From NCBI GenBank assembly GCA_037444025.1, contig JBBINE010000005.1:22590-79554 (forward strand): a stretch of DNA of 56,965 nt, in the 5' to 3' direction. The notes beneath the pieces were generated by a model, which saw nothing but the letters and a program-made list of their open reading frames with translations, made no database searches and was not told where the DNA came from. This document shows positions 47,205 through 56,817 of this stretch, piece after piece. A program made the translations under genes and the position numbers. The stretch is from a bacterium (GTDB taxonomy: Bacteria > Patescibacteriota > Minisyncoccia > UBA6257 > HR35). Each line of letters starts with the position of its first letter. Within the stretch, counting starts at the first letter, position 1.

Positions 47205-48188
47205 ATGAGGATAGTTTTATTAGGGGGAGGAACAGGAATATCTAATATTTTAACTGGTCTCAAGCAAGATTATGGTAAGAAAATCAAAAAATTGACTGCT
47301 ATTGTAACTGTTTCTGATTCAGGCGGTAGCTCGGGAACTCTAAAAAAAATTTATGATATCCCAGCGGTGGGGGATATAAGAAACTGTCTTCTTTCTCTTT
47401 CTAAAATTGAAAATTATGTTAATCGAGTTATGCAATACAGATTTCAAAAAGGAGATGGTCTCAAAGGTCATCCTTTAGGTAATTTGTTTTTGGTGGCACT
47501 GCTGGAAACAGAGGGTGATTTCATTAAAGCAATAAAAAAAGCATCAAAAATTTTAGATATTGAAGGAGAAGTTATGCCTGCAAGTCTTGAAAAAATCGAT
47601 CTTATAGCAAAATTTGAAAACGGGAAAATTATTAAAGGTGAAGAAAAAATTGTTACCTATGCTAGCCGGTATAAAAAAAGAATAAAAGGTTTAGAAATTT
47701 CACCTCGTGTTCCTTTCGTTTCTCCTGAAGTTATTAGGAGAATAAAAAAGGCTGATATGATACTTTTTGGTCCCGGTAGTCTTTTTACTAGCATTTTACC
47801 TAATCTACTGATACCTCCAATATTTCAGGCTATTAAGGAAGCTAAAGGTATAAAGGTTCTAATTGTAAACTTACTTACCCAACCAGGGGAAACCGATAGT
47901 TATAAAGCTAGCGATCATGTGGTTAGTTTTTTAAATTTTTCTAGATTAAATAAAATTGATGCTCTTGTAATTAACAAAACTAAACCGGATAAAAAATTTG
48001 AAAAACAAATAATTGAAGAAGGAAAAAGTTTTGTCGAACCTGATGTTGACAAGATAAAAAAAAACCTAAATAATGTTAAAATCTATTTGAAGGATCTAGC
48101 TAATACTAAAGATATTTATTTTAAACACGATCCTATAAAATTAAAAAAGGTCATTTTTGAAATTGCTCAAGATTTTAATATAATTTAA
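47205..48188 (+). CDS. YvcK/CofD-like (UPF0052) gluconeogenesis-factor family protein
   Basis: MRIVLLGGGTGISNILTGLK, VTVSDSGGSSG, GDIRNCL, GHPLGNLFL, GPGSLFTSILPNLL. Confidence 0.85.
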   Translation: MRIVLLGGGTGISNILTGLKQDYGKKIKKLTAIVTVSDSGGSSGTLKKIYDIPAVGDIRNCLLSLSKIENYVNRVMQYRFQKGDGLKGHPLGNLFLVALLETEGDFIKAIKKASKILDIEGEVMPASLEKIDLIAKFENGKIIKGEEKIVTYASRYKKRIKGLEISPRVPFVSPEVIRRIKKADMILFGPGSLFTSILPNLLIPPIFQAIKEAKGIKVLIVNLLTQPGETDSYKASDHVVSFLNFSRLNKIDALVINKTKPDKKFEKQIIEEGKSFVEPDVDKIKKNLNNVKIYLKDLANTKDIYFKHDPIKLKKVIFEIAQDFNII

Positions 48189-48190
48189 TT

Positions 48191-48352
48191 ATGGCTCAGG
48201 AAACGAAAAATCTTATTAGATTAAAATGTAAAGATTGTGGTAGTGTAAATTACTATCAATGGAAGAAGAAGACGGCAGAGTATAAACTTAGTTTGAAGAA
48301 GTTTTGTAAAAAGTGTAAAAAACACACAGAGCATAAAGAAAGCAGAAAATAA
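48191..48352 (+). CDS. rpmG: 50S ribosomal protein L33
   Basis: A 53-aa ORF missing from the track: MAQETKNLIRLKCKDCGSVNYYQWKKKTAEYKLSLKKFCKKCKKHTEHKESRK. It has a CxxC...CxxC zinc ribbon. Confidence 0.85.
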   Translation: MAQETKNLIRLKCKDCGSVNYYQWKKKTAEYKLSLKKFCKKCKKHTEHKESRK

Positions 48353-48360
48353 AATGATGA

Positions 48361-48432
48361 GGGCGGGTAGCTCAGCGGCAGAGCGTCTCGTTTACACCGA
48401 GAAGGTCAGAGGTTCAAATCCTCTCCCGCCCA
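48361..48432 (+). tRNA. tRNA-Val (anticodon TAC)
   Basis: GGGCGGG TA GCTC AGCGGC AGAGC G TCTCG TTTACAC CGAGA AGGTC AGAGG TTCAAAT CCTCT CCCGCCC A. Confidence 0.9.
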
Positions 48433-48434
48433 AA

Positions 48435-49457
48435 TTAGAGTGCTATCAATTTACCTCCTTTGGATACTATCAAACCTTTTATTTCTAAAAAGGAAATAAT
48501 AGTAAGAAGTTCGTTAATTGGTAAATCGGATATTTTTTGTATTTCTTCAAAAGTTGTAGGCTTAGTGGTAATTAACTCATAAATTTTCTTTTCCCTTGGG
48601 GTTAAATTTAGATTTTTTATTTTTTGAGGAGCTTTAAAATCAAAAGCTCTTAAAATATCGTCTACTTCAATAACAAGATGGGCGCCTTGTTGAATTAATC
48701 TCAGGCTACCTAAGTAATTTTTTTCATAGATACTTCCTGGTACAACAAATATTTCTTTTCCATAATTTAAAGCATATTTTCCCGTAATTAAAGCTCCAGA
48801 ATCAATCGGTGCTTCAATAATCAAAATTCCGTCAGAAAGACCAGCTACAATTCTATTTCTTAAAGGAAAATGATAAGCCAAAGGGGGAGAAGAAAGAGAG
48901 TATTCAGAAATAATAAATCCTTCTGCTTCTAATATTTTTTTTACTAAATTTTTTCTTGGATCTTTCAAGATAACATCCAAGCCGCAACCAATGACAGCAC
49001 AATTTGGTTTTTTATTTTCTAGTGCTCCCCGATGAGCATATTCATCAATGCCGTAAGCTAAACCACTAATTATTAAAACTCCTAAATTAGCTAACTCAGA
49101 AGAGAATTTAAAAGATATTTTTTTACCTATTTCGGTTGCTTTTCTAGTGCCGACGATAGCAATTTTTAAAGGTGAATTTAGATTAATTTTTCCCAAAATA
49201 AAAATTCCCAATAGAGGTGGTTTTATTCTTTTTAAAGTTTCAGGAAATTCTTTTTCTTGTCGTAAAATTATTTCTCCCCCTAAGTCTTTAAGTTTTTCAT
49301 ATTCTTTTTCCCAATTCTTTCTAATTTTGAATTCTTTTTCTAATTTTTGAAAAATTTTTTTATAAGATTTATACTTTTTATATAAAGTAAAAATTCTGTT
49401 ATGCGGAGGTTCAAAATTTGAATTAATTGCCTGAAAATAAATTTTTTCTTCTTCCAT
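48435..49457 (-). CDS. dprA: DNA processing protein DprA (Smf)
   Basis: IAIVGTRKAT, ISGLAYGID..AHRGAL, VIGCGLD, YP..N, and a C-terminal winged helix (LLTIISFLEIKGLI). Confidence 0.88.
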   Translation of the reverse strand: MEEEKIYFQAINSNFEPPHNRIFTLYKKYKSYKKIFQKLEKEFKIRKNWEKEYEKLKDLGGEIILRQEKEFPETLKRIKPPLLGIFILGKINLNSPLKIAIVGTRKATEIGKKISFKFSSELANLGVLIISGLAYGIDEYAHRGALENKKPNCAVIGCGLDVILKDPRKNLVKKILEAEGFIISEYSLSSPPLAYHFPLRNRIVAGLSDGILIIEAPIDSGALITGKYALNYGKEIFVVPGSIYEKNYLGSLRLIQQGAHLVIEVDDILRAFDFKAPQKIKNLNLTPREKKIYELITTKPTTFEEIQKISDLPINELLTIISFLEIKGLIVSKGGKLIAL

Positions 49458-49812
49458 GATTCAATTATTTTGGGCCCTTGATTTTATTGGTCTTTTAATT
49501 GCTAGGTTAATATTAGGATTATTCCTTTTTAAAGAATTTCTTTCGAAAAAGAATCTTTCATATTTTGAAAAATTAATTAGTTATATTTATTTAATTTTAT
49601 CAATTTTTCTTATTTTAGGATACTATACTTCTTTTATCTCTATGCTTCTCATTATTGTAGAAATTTTTTTTACGCTAAAAGATTTTTTCTTTGAAAAATT
49701 TGATCCCATTAAAGTGGAAACTCGTTTTTTAAGAATTTCTTTAGCTATAGTTTTTATTTTCATTGGACCGGGGCTTATTAGTTTAGATAGAATCTATAAT
49801 ATAAGATTCTAA
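49456..49812 (+). CDS. small DoxX-like membrane protein
   Basis: 118 aa with 3-4 TM helices and the N-terminal pattern LLIARLILGLFLF. Confidence 0.4.
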   Translation: MIQLFWALDFIGLLIARLILGLFLFKEFLSKKNLSYFEKLISYIYLILSIFLILGYYTSFISMLLIIVEIFFTLKDFFFEKFDPIKVETRFLRISLAIVFIFIGPGLISLDRIYNIRF

Positions 49813-49877
49813 GGGGTTGACAAATATTTAGGTATTTGTTCTACTTTAATATAGAACACTAAAAACGGAGGTAGAGT

Positions 49878-50348
49878 ATGAAACAAAAAAAGATAACCAT
49901 ATTATTAGTCGGGGTTTTAGTACTGTTTTTTGTCCTGCCATCTCCGACTAAACAAAGACCCAGTCTCGAATCTGGCAACACCAGACTCAAGATTAGGTCT
50001 TCTCACCTTTCTCACTCCCAGTTTTCTTTTTCCCTTTCCCGAAAAAAAACCAAGAAAATGGTATATCTTGGTTTATTTACGGTTACGGCCTATAGTCGTA
50101 GCCACAGGGAGGGGACCATACGAGGGATAACCGCTACTGGTTTACCGGTAGATAAAGGCGTGGTAGCAGTAGATCCGAAGGTGATACCCCTCGGATCTTT
50201 GTTATTAGTAGAAGGTTACGGCTACGCTATAGCCGCAGATACTGGTGGCAAAATCAAAGGAAGAAAAATAGATATATTCTTCCATACAAAGGAAGAATGT
50301 TTTGAGTGGGGAGTGAGAAAGAAAAAAGTTTATCTCATTTCTCTGTAA
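49878..50348 (+). CDS. secreted 3D-domain (DPBB fold) protein
   Basis: Signal anchor, then FTVTAYS, GITATGLPVDKGVVAVDPKVIPLGS, and ADTGGKIKGRKIDIFF. Confidence 0.7.
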   Translation: MKQKKITILLVGVLVLFFVLPSPTKQRPSLESGNTRLKIRSSHLSHSQFSFSLSRKKTKKMVYLGLFTVTAYSRSHREGTIRGITATGLPVDKGVVAVDPKVIPLGSLLLVEGYGYAIAADTGGKIKGRKIDIFFHTKEECFEWGVRKKKVYLISL

Positions 50349-50363
50349 CATTGAAGAATTTAA

Positions 50364-50391
50364 GGAGCAATTTTTATATTGCTCCTTTTTT
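50364..50391 (+). terminator. intrinsic terminator
   Basis: GGAGCAAT ttttat ATTGCTCC followed by TTTTTT. Confidence 0.8.
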
Positions 50392-50482
50392 ATTTTTAGA
50401 AAAATTTTATATATGTTGATTTTTATAATTTTAATTATCTTGGTATAATAAAATTAAAATATAATAAAAATTATTTTAATCA

Positions 50483-50555
50483 GCGGCGGTAGTTCAGTTG
50501 GTAGAACGTCTCCCTTCCAAGGAGAAAGTCGCGGGTTCAAATCCCGTCCGCCGCT
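50483..50555 (+). tRNA. tRNA-Gly (anticodon TCC)
   Basis: GCGGCGG TA GTTC AGTTGGTA GAAC G TCTCC CTTCCAA GGAGA AAGTC GCGGG TTCAAAT CCCGT CCGCCGC T. An extended -10 box (TGGTATAAT) lies at 50441-49. Confidence 0.9.
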
Positions 50556-50560
50556 CCCTT

Positions 50561-52618
50561 ATGAGCAACAAATTAATCAACATTCTAATAATAATTTTAT
50601 TTATAATACCTTTTTCTTTGCTTATTGTTGATACCAGTGTTCTTTTTCCTTATATAACCACCAAAGCTTTGTTTTTTAGAATTTTGGTAACAGTAGGAAT
50701 TTTTTTGGTTATTTGGCTTTATTTACTAAACCCGGAAACATTACCTAAAAAAAATTTACTCTTTTTGTCTTCTTTAATATTTTTAGGAGTAAATTTAATA
50801 GCTGTTTTTTTTAGTGTTAATCCATATCGTTCTTTTTGGGGTAACGCTGAAAGAATGGAAGGATGGTGGTCAATGTTTTTTTACTTTAGTTATTTTTTTC
50901 TTCTTTTTACTCTTTTCCAATTTTCGCCTTATAGTAAAAAAATTATTTTATTTTCTTTTTTAATAGTGACTTCAATAATTTCTATAGTAGAAATTACTGA
51001 AGGATTGAGAAATAACATTTTAGCTTCAAGGCCCCATGCTACTTTGGGCAATGCTACTTATATTGGTTTTATGAATCTTTTAACTATCTTCTTACTATTG
51101 TATTTTTATTTTCAAACAAAGTCTTTTTCTGAAAAGGTAAATTATGTAGGGGTGGGTATTTTAAACTTTCTTTCTATGTTAATTTCACAGACCAGAGGTT
51201 CGATTTTAGGCTTACTTTTAGGTATGATAACTTTTATTTTTCTCTATATAATTTTTTTTAAAATAGAACTCAAAAAGAAATTGTTATTTTTTCTTTTATT
51301 CTTTTTGTCTTTGTTCGGTTTCTATTTATTGCTGCGAACTGAGATAGTTTTGTCTATACCAGGGTTAAAAAGAATTGCTGAAACAATTCAAAACCCAGTA
51401 TCTGTTTTCCCCCGTCTTTTTGCTTGGAAAATATTTTTGAATGCTTTTAAAGAAAAACCTTTATTAGGCTGGGGTTTGGAAACATTGCCAGTTGCTTTCT
51501 TTTCTTATTTTGATCCTCAGATTTTTTATTACGAGAAAGCCATTTTTGATCGTCCCCATAATAAATTTATCGAAGTTCTAGTTTCTACTGGTTTAATAGG
51601 ATTTTTTGCTTGGCTTTTCTTTCTTTCTTCTTTTGTTTATTATGTTTTGAAAAATATTAAAGAAAATTTAATTTCTTATTGTTTCTTGTTATCATTTTTG
51701 GTTGCTTATTTAGGACAAAACTTTACCTTGTTTGATATGCAGGCTAGTTATCTTTTATTCTTTTTTGGTATTTCTTTAATTGTTCCTAAGGTGAATTACA
51801 AAGAAAACACGGATAGGTTTATTCGTCCTTATTTAATTTTAATTGGCGGCATTTGTTTAGTATTTTTAGTTATTCACCTACAGCATTATTACATTGTCAA
51901 TCGAATTATAGCTTACCTAAGAGAACAAAATCTTGAAAAATCTGGACAACAATTTTTAAGAATTTCAAATATTGCTGGACCTTTTTTGACCGAAGAGGCT
52001 TTTATTGCTTCTAATCATTTTTTTGCTAACTTAAATAATATAAAAAATGGAAAAACTTTTGACTATTTTTATCGATTATCAGAAAAAGCGTGGGAGAAAG
52101 ATAAAACAGACTATAGATTAACAGGGATTTATTTGGGGTACTTAAGAATTATTTTTGATATTGAATCTCAAATGTCTTTAAGTGGTCAAGACACTAAAGA
52201 AAAAGCTATTAACATATACAATGATTTGATCTCTAGGTACAAACTTTTTCCAGAAGGCTATATAAATTATGCTAACTTTCTTTTTAGTTTAGGAGAAAAG
52301 GAGAAGGCTAAAGAAATTTTAAAGAAAAGCGAAATTATTGCTACAAAATACCCACCATATTATTTTCAATTAGCTAATATTTTTTACAATCAATTAGGAG
52401 ATTACCAGGAGGCTTATTATTATTTAACCAAATTGAATACTTATAGTTTCAAATTTAATGAGAAAGATTATGAATTGGCTTTGAAAATTTATTTATCTAA
52501 TGGTGATAAAAAATCTGCTGATAAGTTAATTTATGAATGGAAAAAAATTAGTTCCACTACTTCTACTCAAAAAAAAATCGAAGATATTTTGAATAGTTTT
52601 GGCTTTAAAGAAAAATAA
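50561..52618 (+). CDS. O-antigen ligase/Wzy-like polytopic membrane protein with C-terminal TPR region
   Basis: About 12 TM helices including a Wzy_C-like loop (SQTRGSILGLLLG) and RPHNKFIEVL. The C-terminal ~200 aa are TPR-like. The start is set at ATG 50561, because the track ORF start lies inside tRNA-Gly. Confidence 0.7.
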   Translation: MSNKLINILIIILFIIPFSLLIVDTSVLFPYITTKALFFRILVTVGIFLVIWLYLLNPETLPKKNLLFLSSLIFLGVNLIAVFFSVNPYRSFWGNAERMEGWWSMFFYFSYFFLLFTLFQFSPYSKKIILFSFLIVTSIISIVEITEGLRNNILASRPHATLGNATYIGFMNLLTIFLLLYFYFQTKSFSEKVNYVGVGILNFLSMLISQTRGSILGLLLGMITFIFLYIIFFKIELKKKLLFFLLFFLSLFGFYLLLRTEIVLSIPGLKRIAETIQNPVSVFPRLFAWKIFLNAFKEKPLLGWGLETLPVAFFSYFDPQIFYYEKAIFDRPHNKFIEVLVSTGLIGFFAWLFFLSSFVYYVLKNIKENLISYCFLLSFLVAYLGQNFTLFDMQASYLLFFFGISLIVPKVNYKENTDRFIRPYLILIGGICLVFLVIHLQHYYIVNRIIAYLREQNLEKSGQQFLRISNIAGPFLTEEAFIASNHFFANLNNIKNGKTFDYFYRLSEKAWEKDKTDYRLTGIYLGYLRIIFDIESQMSLSGQDTKEKAINIYNDLISRYKLFPEGYINYANFLFSLGEKEKAKEILKKSEIIATKYPPYYFQLANIFYNQLGDYQEAYYYLTKLNTYSFKFNEKDYELALKIYLSNGDKKSADKLIYEWKKISSTTSTQKKIEDILNSFGFKEK

Positions 52619-52659
52619 AAAATTTGACAAAGAGAAAAAAATATAAAAAAATTTATAAC

Positions 52660-55338
52660 ATGACTAAAAGGTTAAAAAATAATAAATTAGAATTTGCCCT
52701 TGCTCCTAAGGTACTAGTTAAGCAATTTTTTACCAATAACAAAAATCATCCTTATCAGGAAGTAAAGTGGGTTAGAAGAATGGCAGAAATTCCAGGATCT
52801 GGGTTTAAAATAGAGAATGTGGAGTTTCCTGATTTTTACAGTCAAAATGCTGTTAATATAATTGCTTCGAAATATTTCAAGATAAACAAAGGAAAACAGG
52901 AATCTTCTTTAAGAGAAATAATTGATAGAGTAGTTAAAACTTTTAAAAAATGGGGTTTGGAACAAGGCTATTTTAACGAAGAATTAGCTAAAATTTACGA
53001 AAAGGAACTTACTTATATTATTCTTAATCAATATGCTACCTTTAATTCTCCTGTTTGGTTTAATGTAGGTGTAGAGGGAAGAAAACAACAATGTTCAGCT
53101 TGTTTTATTCTCGAAGTAGATGATACCATGGAGTCTATTTTGGAATGGATCAAAACAGAAGGATTAATTTTTAAAGGAGGTTCAGGTTCAGGAGTAAATC
53201 TTTCTAAACTAAGAGCTAAAGGTGAACCTCTTTCTGCAGGAGGTTATTCTTCAGGAGTAATTTCTTTTATGAAAGCAGCTGATGCTGTGGCTGGGAGTAT
53301 AAAAAGTGGAGGCACAACAAGAAGAGCTGCCAAAATGGTAATTTTAAATGCTGATCACCCCGAGATTCTTGATTTTATAAGAATAAAAGCTGAAGAAGAA
53401 AATAAAATCAGAGCTTTTATGGAGGCAGGATACGATATGACTGATCTTAACAATCCTTTGTGGCAAAATATTTTTTTTCAAAATGCTAATAACTCAGTAA
53501 GAATACCAGATGATCTTATGGAAGCAGCTTTAAGCGATAGAGAGTGGAAAACTTATTATCGAACTAACGGAAAATTAGCTCAAACCTATAAAGCTAAAGA
53601 TATTTTGTGGGAGATCGCTAAAGCTGCTTGGGAATGTGGAGATCCAGGGGTTCAATTTGATGATCTTATTCAAAAATGGCATACCTGTAAAAACTCAGGT
53701 AAGATAGAAGCTACCAATCCTTGTAGTGAATATCTTTTTCTTAATAATACTTCCTGTAATTTAGCTTCCATTAATCTTTTGAAGTTTTTGAAAGAAGATG
53801 GTTCATTTGACGTCCCTGCCTTTTTACATACAGTAGACATTATTTTTCTTTCTCAGGATATTTTAATATCTAAGGCTGATTATCCAGTAGAAAAGATAGG
53901 AGAAGAGACTAAAAAATATAGAACCATAGGATTAGGTTATACTAATCTTGGTTCCTTGATAATGTCTTTAGGTCTTCCCTATGATTCAGATAAAGCTAGG
54001 GATATAGCTGCTTCTATTACAGCTTTAATGACTGGTGAAGCTTATAGACTTTCTTCTTTGATAGCAGAAAAACTTGGTCCTTTTCCTGAATATACTAAAA
54101 ATGAAGAATCAATGCTTGAAGTGATGGAAATGCATAAAAAACATCTTAATAAGATAAGCGATAACGATTTCAATAAAGAAATTTTAGTTGAAGCAAAACA
54201 AATATGGAGCGAAGCAATTGAAAACGGAAAGAATTATGGATTTAGAAATGCTCAAGCTACTGTTTTAGCACCAACTGGCACTATTTCTTTTATGCTTGAT
54301 GCTGATACTACAGGTATTGAGCCAGATTTTGCTTTAGTAAAAATGAAACAACTAGTTGGAGGAGGATGGATGAAGATAGTTAATAACACTGTTCCGATAG
54401 CTTTAAAAAGATTAGGCTATTCAGAAAAAGAAATAGAAGAAATATTACAACACTTAGAAGAATCTCAAAATATTGAAACTGCCCCTTACATAAAACAAGA
54501 ACATTTAGCTGTGTTTGATTGTGCCATAAAACCTCCAGGAGGACATCGCTCTATTCATTATTTGGGTCATGTAAAAATGGTAGCAGCTGTTCAACCTTTT
54601 ATTTCCGGAGGAATTTCAAAAACATTTAATATGCCAAACGAAACGAGTATAGAGGAAATTTACCAAGTTTACTTTACTGCCTGGAAATTGGGAATAAAAT
54701 GTTTTGCTGTTTATCGAGATGGTTCCAAAGCAACCCAAGCATTATATAATGCTAAAAAAGAAAAAGATAAAAAACCAGAAATTATAAGAAAAAGATTACC
54801 AATTGTAAGACAGTCAGAAACACATAAATTTTCTGTTTCTGGACATGAAGGTTATTTAACCTATGGAATGTTTGATGACAACACACTAGGAGAGATATTT
54901 ATCAAAATGTCTAAGCAAGGAAGTACTTTAGCTGGGTTATTAGATGCATTTGCTATTTCGATTTCTCTTGCTTTACAGTATGGTGTGCCACTTAAAGAAT
55001 TAGCTTCTAAGTTTATATATATGAGGTTTGAACCTATGGGTGTGACTAATAATCAAGAAATTCCAATAGCTAGTTCTATAATTGATTATATTTTTAGATA
55101 TTTGTCTTATAGGTTTTTACCTCCGGAAGAATTAAAAGAACTTGGTTTAGAGATTAAGGAAGATATAATTTTAAGAGAACATAAACAACTTTTTGATGTT
55201 ACAGGAGAAGAAAAAGATAATTTGCCAAAAGAAGAATTATCTGGTCCTCCGTGCAAATATTGTGGTGGTATGACCAAAAGAACAGGTAATTGCTATACTT
55301 GTATGGAATGTGGCGAAAGTTCTGGCGGTTGTGGTTAA
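52660..55338 (+). CDS. nrdJ: adenosylcobalamin-dependent (class II) ribonucleotide reductase
   Basis: SACFILEV, GGSGSGVNLSKLR, ATNPCSEY (active-site Cys-Glu), TGIEPDF, and the C-terminal Cys cluster CKYCGG..CYTCMECGESSGGCG. An in-frame TTG at 52624 is an alternative start. Confidence 0.9.
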   Translation: MTKRLKNNKLEFALAPKVLVKQFFTNNKNHPYQEVKWVRRMAEIPGSGFKIENVEFPDFYSQNAVNIIASKYFKINKGKQESSLREIIDRVVKTFKKWGLEQGYFNEELAKIYEKELTYIILNQYATFNSPVWFNVGVEGRKQQCSACFILEVDDTMESILEWIKTEGLIFKGGSGSGVNLSKLRAKGEPLSAGGYSSGVISFMKAADAVAGSIKSGGTTRRAAKMVILNADHPEILDFIRIKAEEENKIRAFMEAGYDMTDLNNPLWQNIFFQNANNSVRIPDDLMEAALSDREWKTYYRTNGKLAQTYKAKDILWEIAKAAWECGDPGVQFDDLIQKWHTCKNSGKIEATNPCSEYLFLNNTSCNLASINLLKFLKEDGSFDVPAFLHTVDIIFLSQDILISKADYPVEKIGEETKKYRTIGLGYTNLGSLIMSLGLPYDSDKARDIAASITALMTGEAYRLSSLIAEKLGPFPEYTKNEESMLEVMEMHKKHLNKISDNDFNKEILVEAKQIWSEAIENGKNYGFRNAQATVLAPTGTISFMLDADTTGIEPDFALVKMKQLVGGGWMKIVNNTVPIALKRLGYSEKEIEEILQHLEESQNIETAPYIKQEHLAVFDCAIKPPGGHRSIHYLGHVKMVAAVQPFISGGISKTFNMPNETSIEEIYQVYFTAWKLGIKCFAVYRDGSKATQALYNAKKEKDKKPEIIRKRLPIVRQSETHKFSVSGHEGYLTYGMFDDNTLGEIFIKMSKQGSTLAGLLDAFAISISLALQYGVPLKELASKFIYMRFEPMGVTNNQEIPIASSIIDYIFRYLSYRFLPPEELKELGLEIKEDIILREHKQLFDVTGEEKDNLPKEELSGPPCKYCGGMTKRTGNCYTCMECGESSGGCG

Positions 55339-55613
55339 TTTAAATTTATTATCAGAGTTTTTTCTTTAAGATCTGCTAAAAAAATATTTTTAGATACCAG
55401 AATTTCTCTAATTTTATCTGCTTGAGAAAATTTTTTTGATTTTCTAAGTATTTCTCTTTTTTTAATTAGATTTAGGTTATTTTTATTTATTTTTTGCCAG
55501 GGAAAAAGAAAAACAAAAACTTTATCTATTTTTTTCAGAAAATTTAAAACTTCTTTTTTAATTTCTTTAGTTAAATATCCTCCCTGTAAAATTTTTTCTA
55601 AATGATTGAGCAT
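55335..55613 (-). CDS. cysS: cysteine--tRNA ligase, C-terminal fragment (frame open upstream to ~55722)
   Basis: KREILRKSKKFSQADKIREILVSKNIFLADLKEKTLI is the CysRS C-terminal domain. The same frame upstream reads KISFNLDKYSEKIISALKNDFNSPLAISYIFVM, the DALR region. Confidence 0.8.
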   Translation of the reverse strand: MLNHLEKILQGGYLTKEIKKEVLNFLKKIDKVFVFLFPWQKINKNNLNLIKKREILRKSKKFSQADKIREILVSKNIFLADLKEKTLIINLN

Positions 55614-55695
55614 AACAAAGATATAGCTTATGGCTAACGGTGAATTAAAATCATTTTTTAGAGCAGAGATAATTTTCTCAGAATATTTATCTAGA

Positions 55696-56730
55696 TTAAA
55701 AGATATTTTTTTTCTTGTTTTTTATATATGATGAAGATTGTAAATATTTAATTTTGGCTATTTTTTCATTAAGACTAAAAAAGCTGTTTTTAGCTTCATC
55801 GATTTTTTCTTTATTGAAATCAATAGAACTTCGATAATGATGATTAAGAACAAAAAACCTTAAAAATCGAGGAGTGTTATTTTTTAAAAAATCTCTTAGC
55901 TCAATATAATTTTCCAATGATTTAGACATTTTTTCTCCATTAATATACAAAAGTCCTGAATGAAGATAGAAATTTACGAATTTTTTATCCCAAGCAGCCT
56001 CTGATTGAGCAATTTCATTTTCATGATGAGGAAATTTAAGATCTAAAGCACCTCCATGAAGATCGAAGGGGATACCTAAATACTTTGCTGACATAGCAGA
56101 GCATTCTATATGCCATCCAGGACGTCCTTTTCCCCAAGGAGAGTCAAAAAGCCACTCATCATTTTCTTTTTTCCAAAGAGCAAAATCTCCTACTTCTTCC
56201 TTTTCATATTTATCTGATTTTATTCTTGTTCCTGTTATTTCTTTTTTGATGTTTATTTTCGAAAGCTTACCATAATTTTTAAATTTGTTTATTCTAAAGT
56301 AGACACCGTCATCAGCAGAATAAGCATAATCTTTTTTGATTAAAATTTTAATTAAATCAATTATTTCTTTTAAATGTTGGCTGACTTTTGGATAACAAAA
56401 TGCTTTTTTTATTTTGATAGATTGTAAATCTTTGTAAAACTCTTTTTCATATTTTTTTGATAAAGTTATAGGAGAAATGTTTAATTCTCTTGATTTTTTT
56501 AGAATGTCATCATGGATGTCAGTGATATTCATAATAAATTTAACCTTATAACCAAAAAATTCTAGAGCTCTTCTGATGAAATCAAACCTAAGATAAGTAG
56601 TAGCATGACCTAAATGACTTGGACCATAGACAGTAGGTCCGCAAACATATATTCTTACTAAATTATTTTTTAATGGTTTAAATATCTCCTTTCTGCCTGA
56701 AAAAGAATTATATATTTTTATTCTTGTCAT
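55696..56730 (-). CDS. cysS: cysteine--tRNA ligase, N-terminal catalytic fragment
   Basis: YVCGPTVYGPSHLGHA, GRPGWHIECSAMS, HGGALDLKFPHHENEIAQSEA, KMSKSLEN. The likely start is MTRIKIYNS at 56730. The fragment ends just after an A8 run. Confidence 0.85.
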   Translation of the reverse strand: MTRIKIYNSFSGRKEIFKPLKNNLVRIYVCGPTVYGPSHLGHATTYLRFDFIRRALEFFGYKVKFIMNITDIHDDILKKSRELNISPITLSKKYEKEFYKDLQSIKIKKAFCYPKVSQHLKEIIDLIKILIKKDYAYSADDGVYFRINKFKNYGKLSKINIKKEITGTRIKSDKYEKEEVGDFALWKKENDEWLFDSPWGKGRPGWHIECSAMSAKYLGIPFDLHGGALDLKFPHHENEIAQSEAAWDKKFVNFYLHSGLLYINGEKMSKSLENYIELRDFLKNNTPRFLRFFVLNHHYRSSIDFNKEKIDEAKNSFFSLNEKIAKIKYLQSSSYIKNKKKNIF

Positions 56731-56817
56731 GATAAAATTATTATAAATATTATAAATCTTAATTTTCGTTTGTTTTAAATTCATTACATAAAACAAAAGT
56801 ATAAAGTTTTGTTAAAA

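Noticed and set aside
52624-52629. TTGACA hexamer at the nrdJ 5' end as a promoter.
   Set aside because: No acceptable -10 element lies at a 16-18 nt spacing (candidates are at 13 and 24 nt). It is more likely chance sequence, or part of an alternative TTG start.
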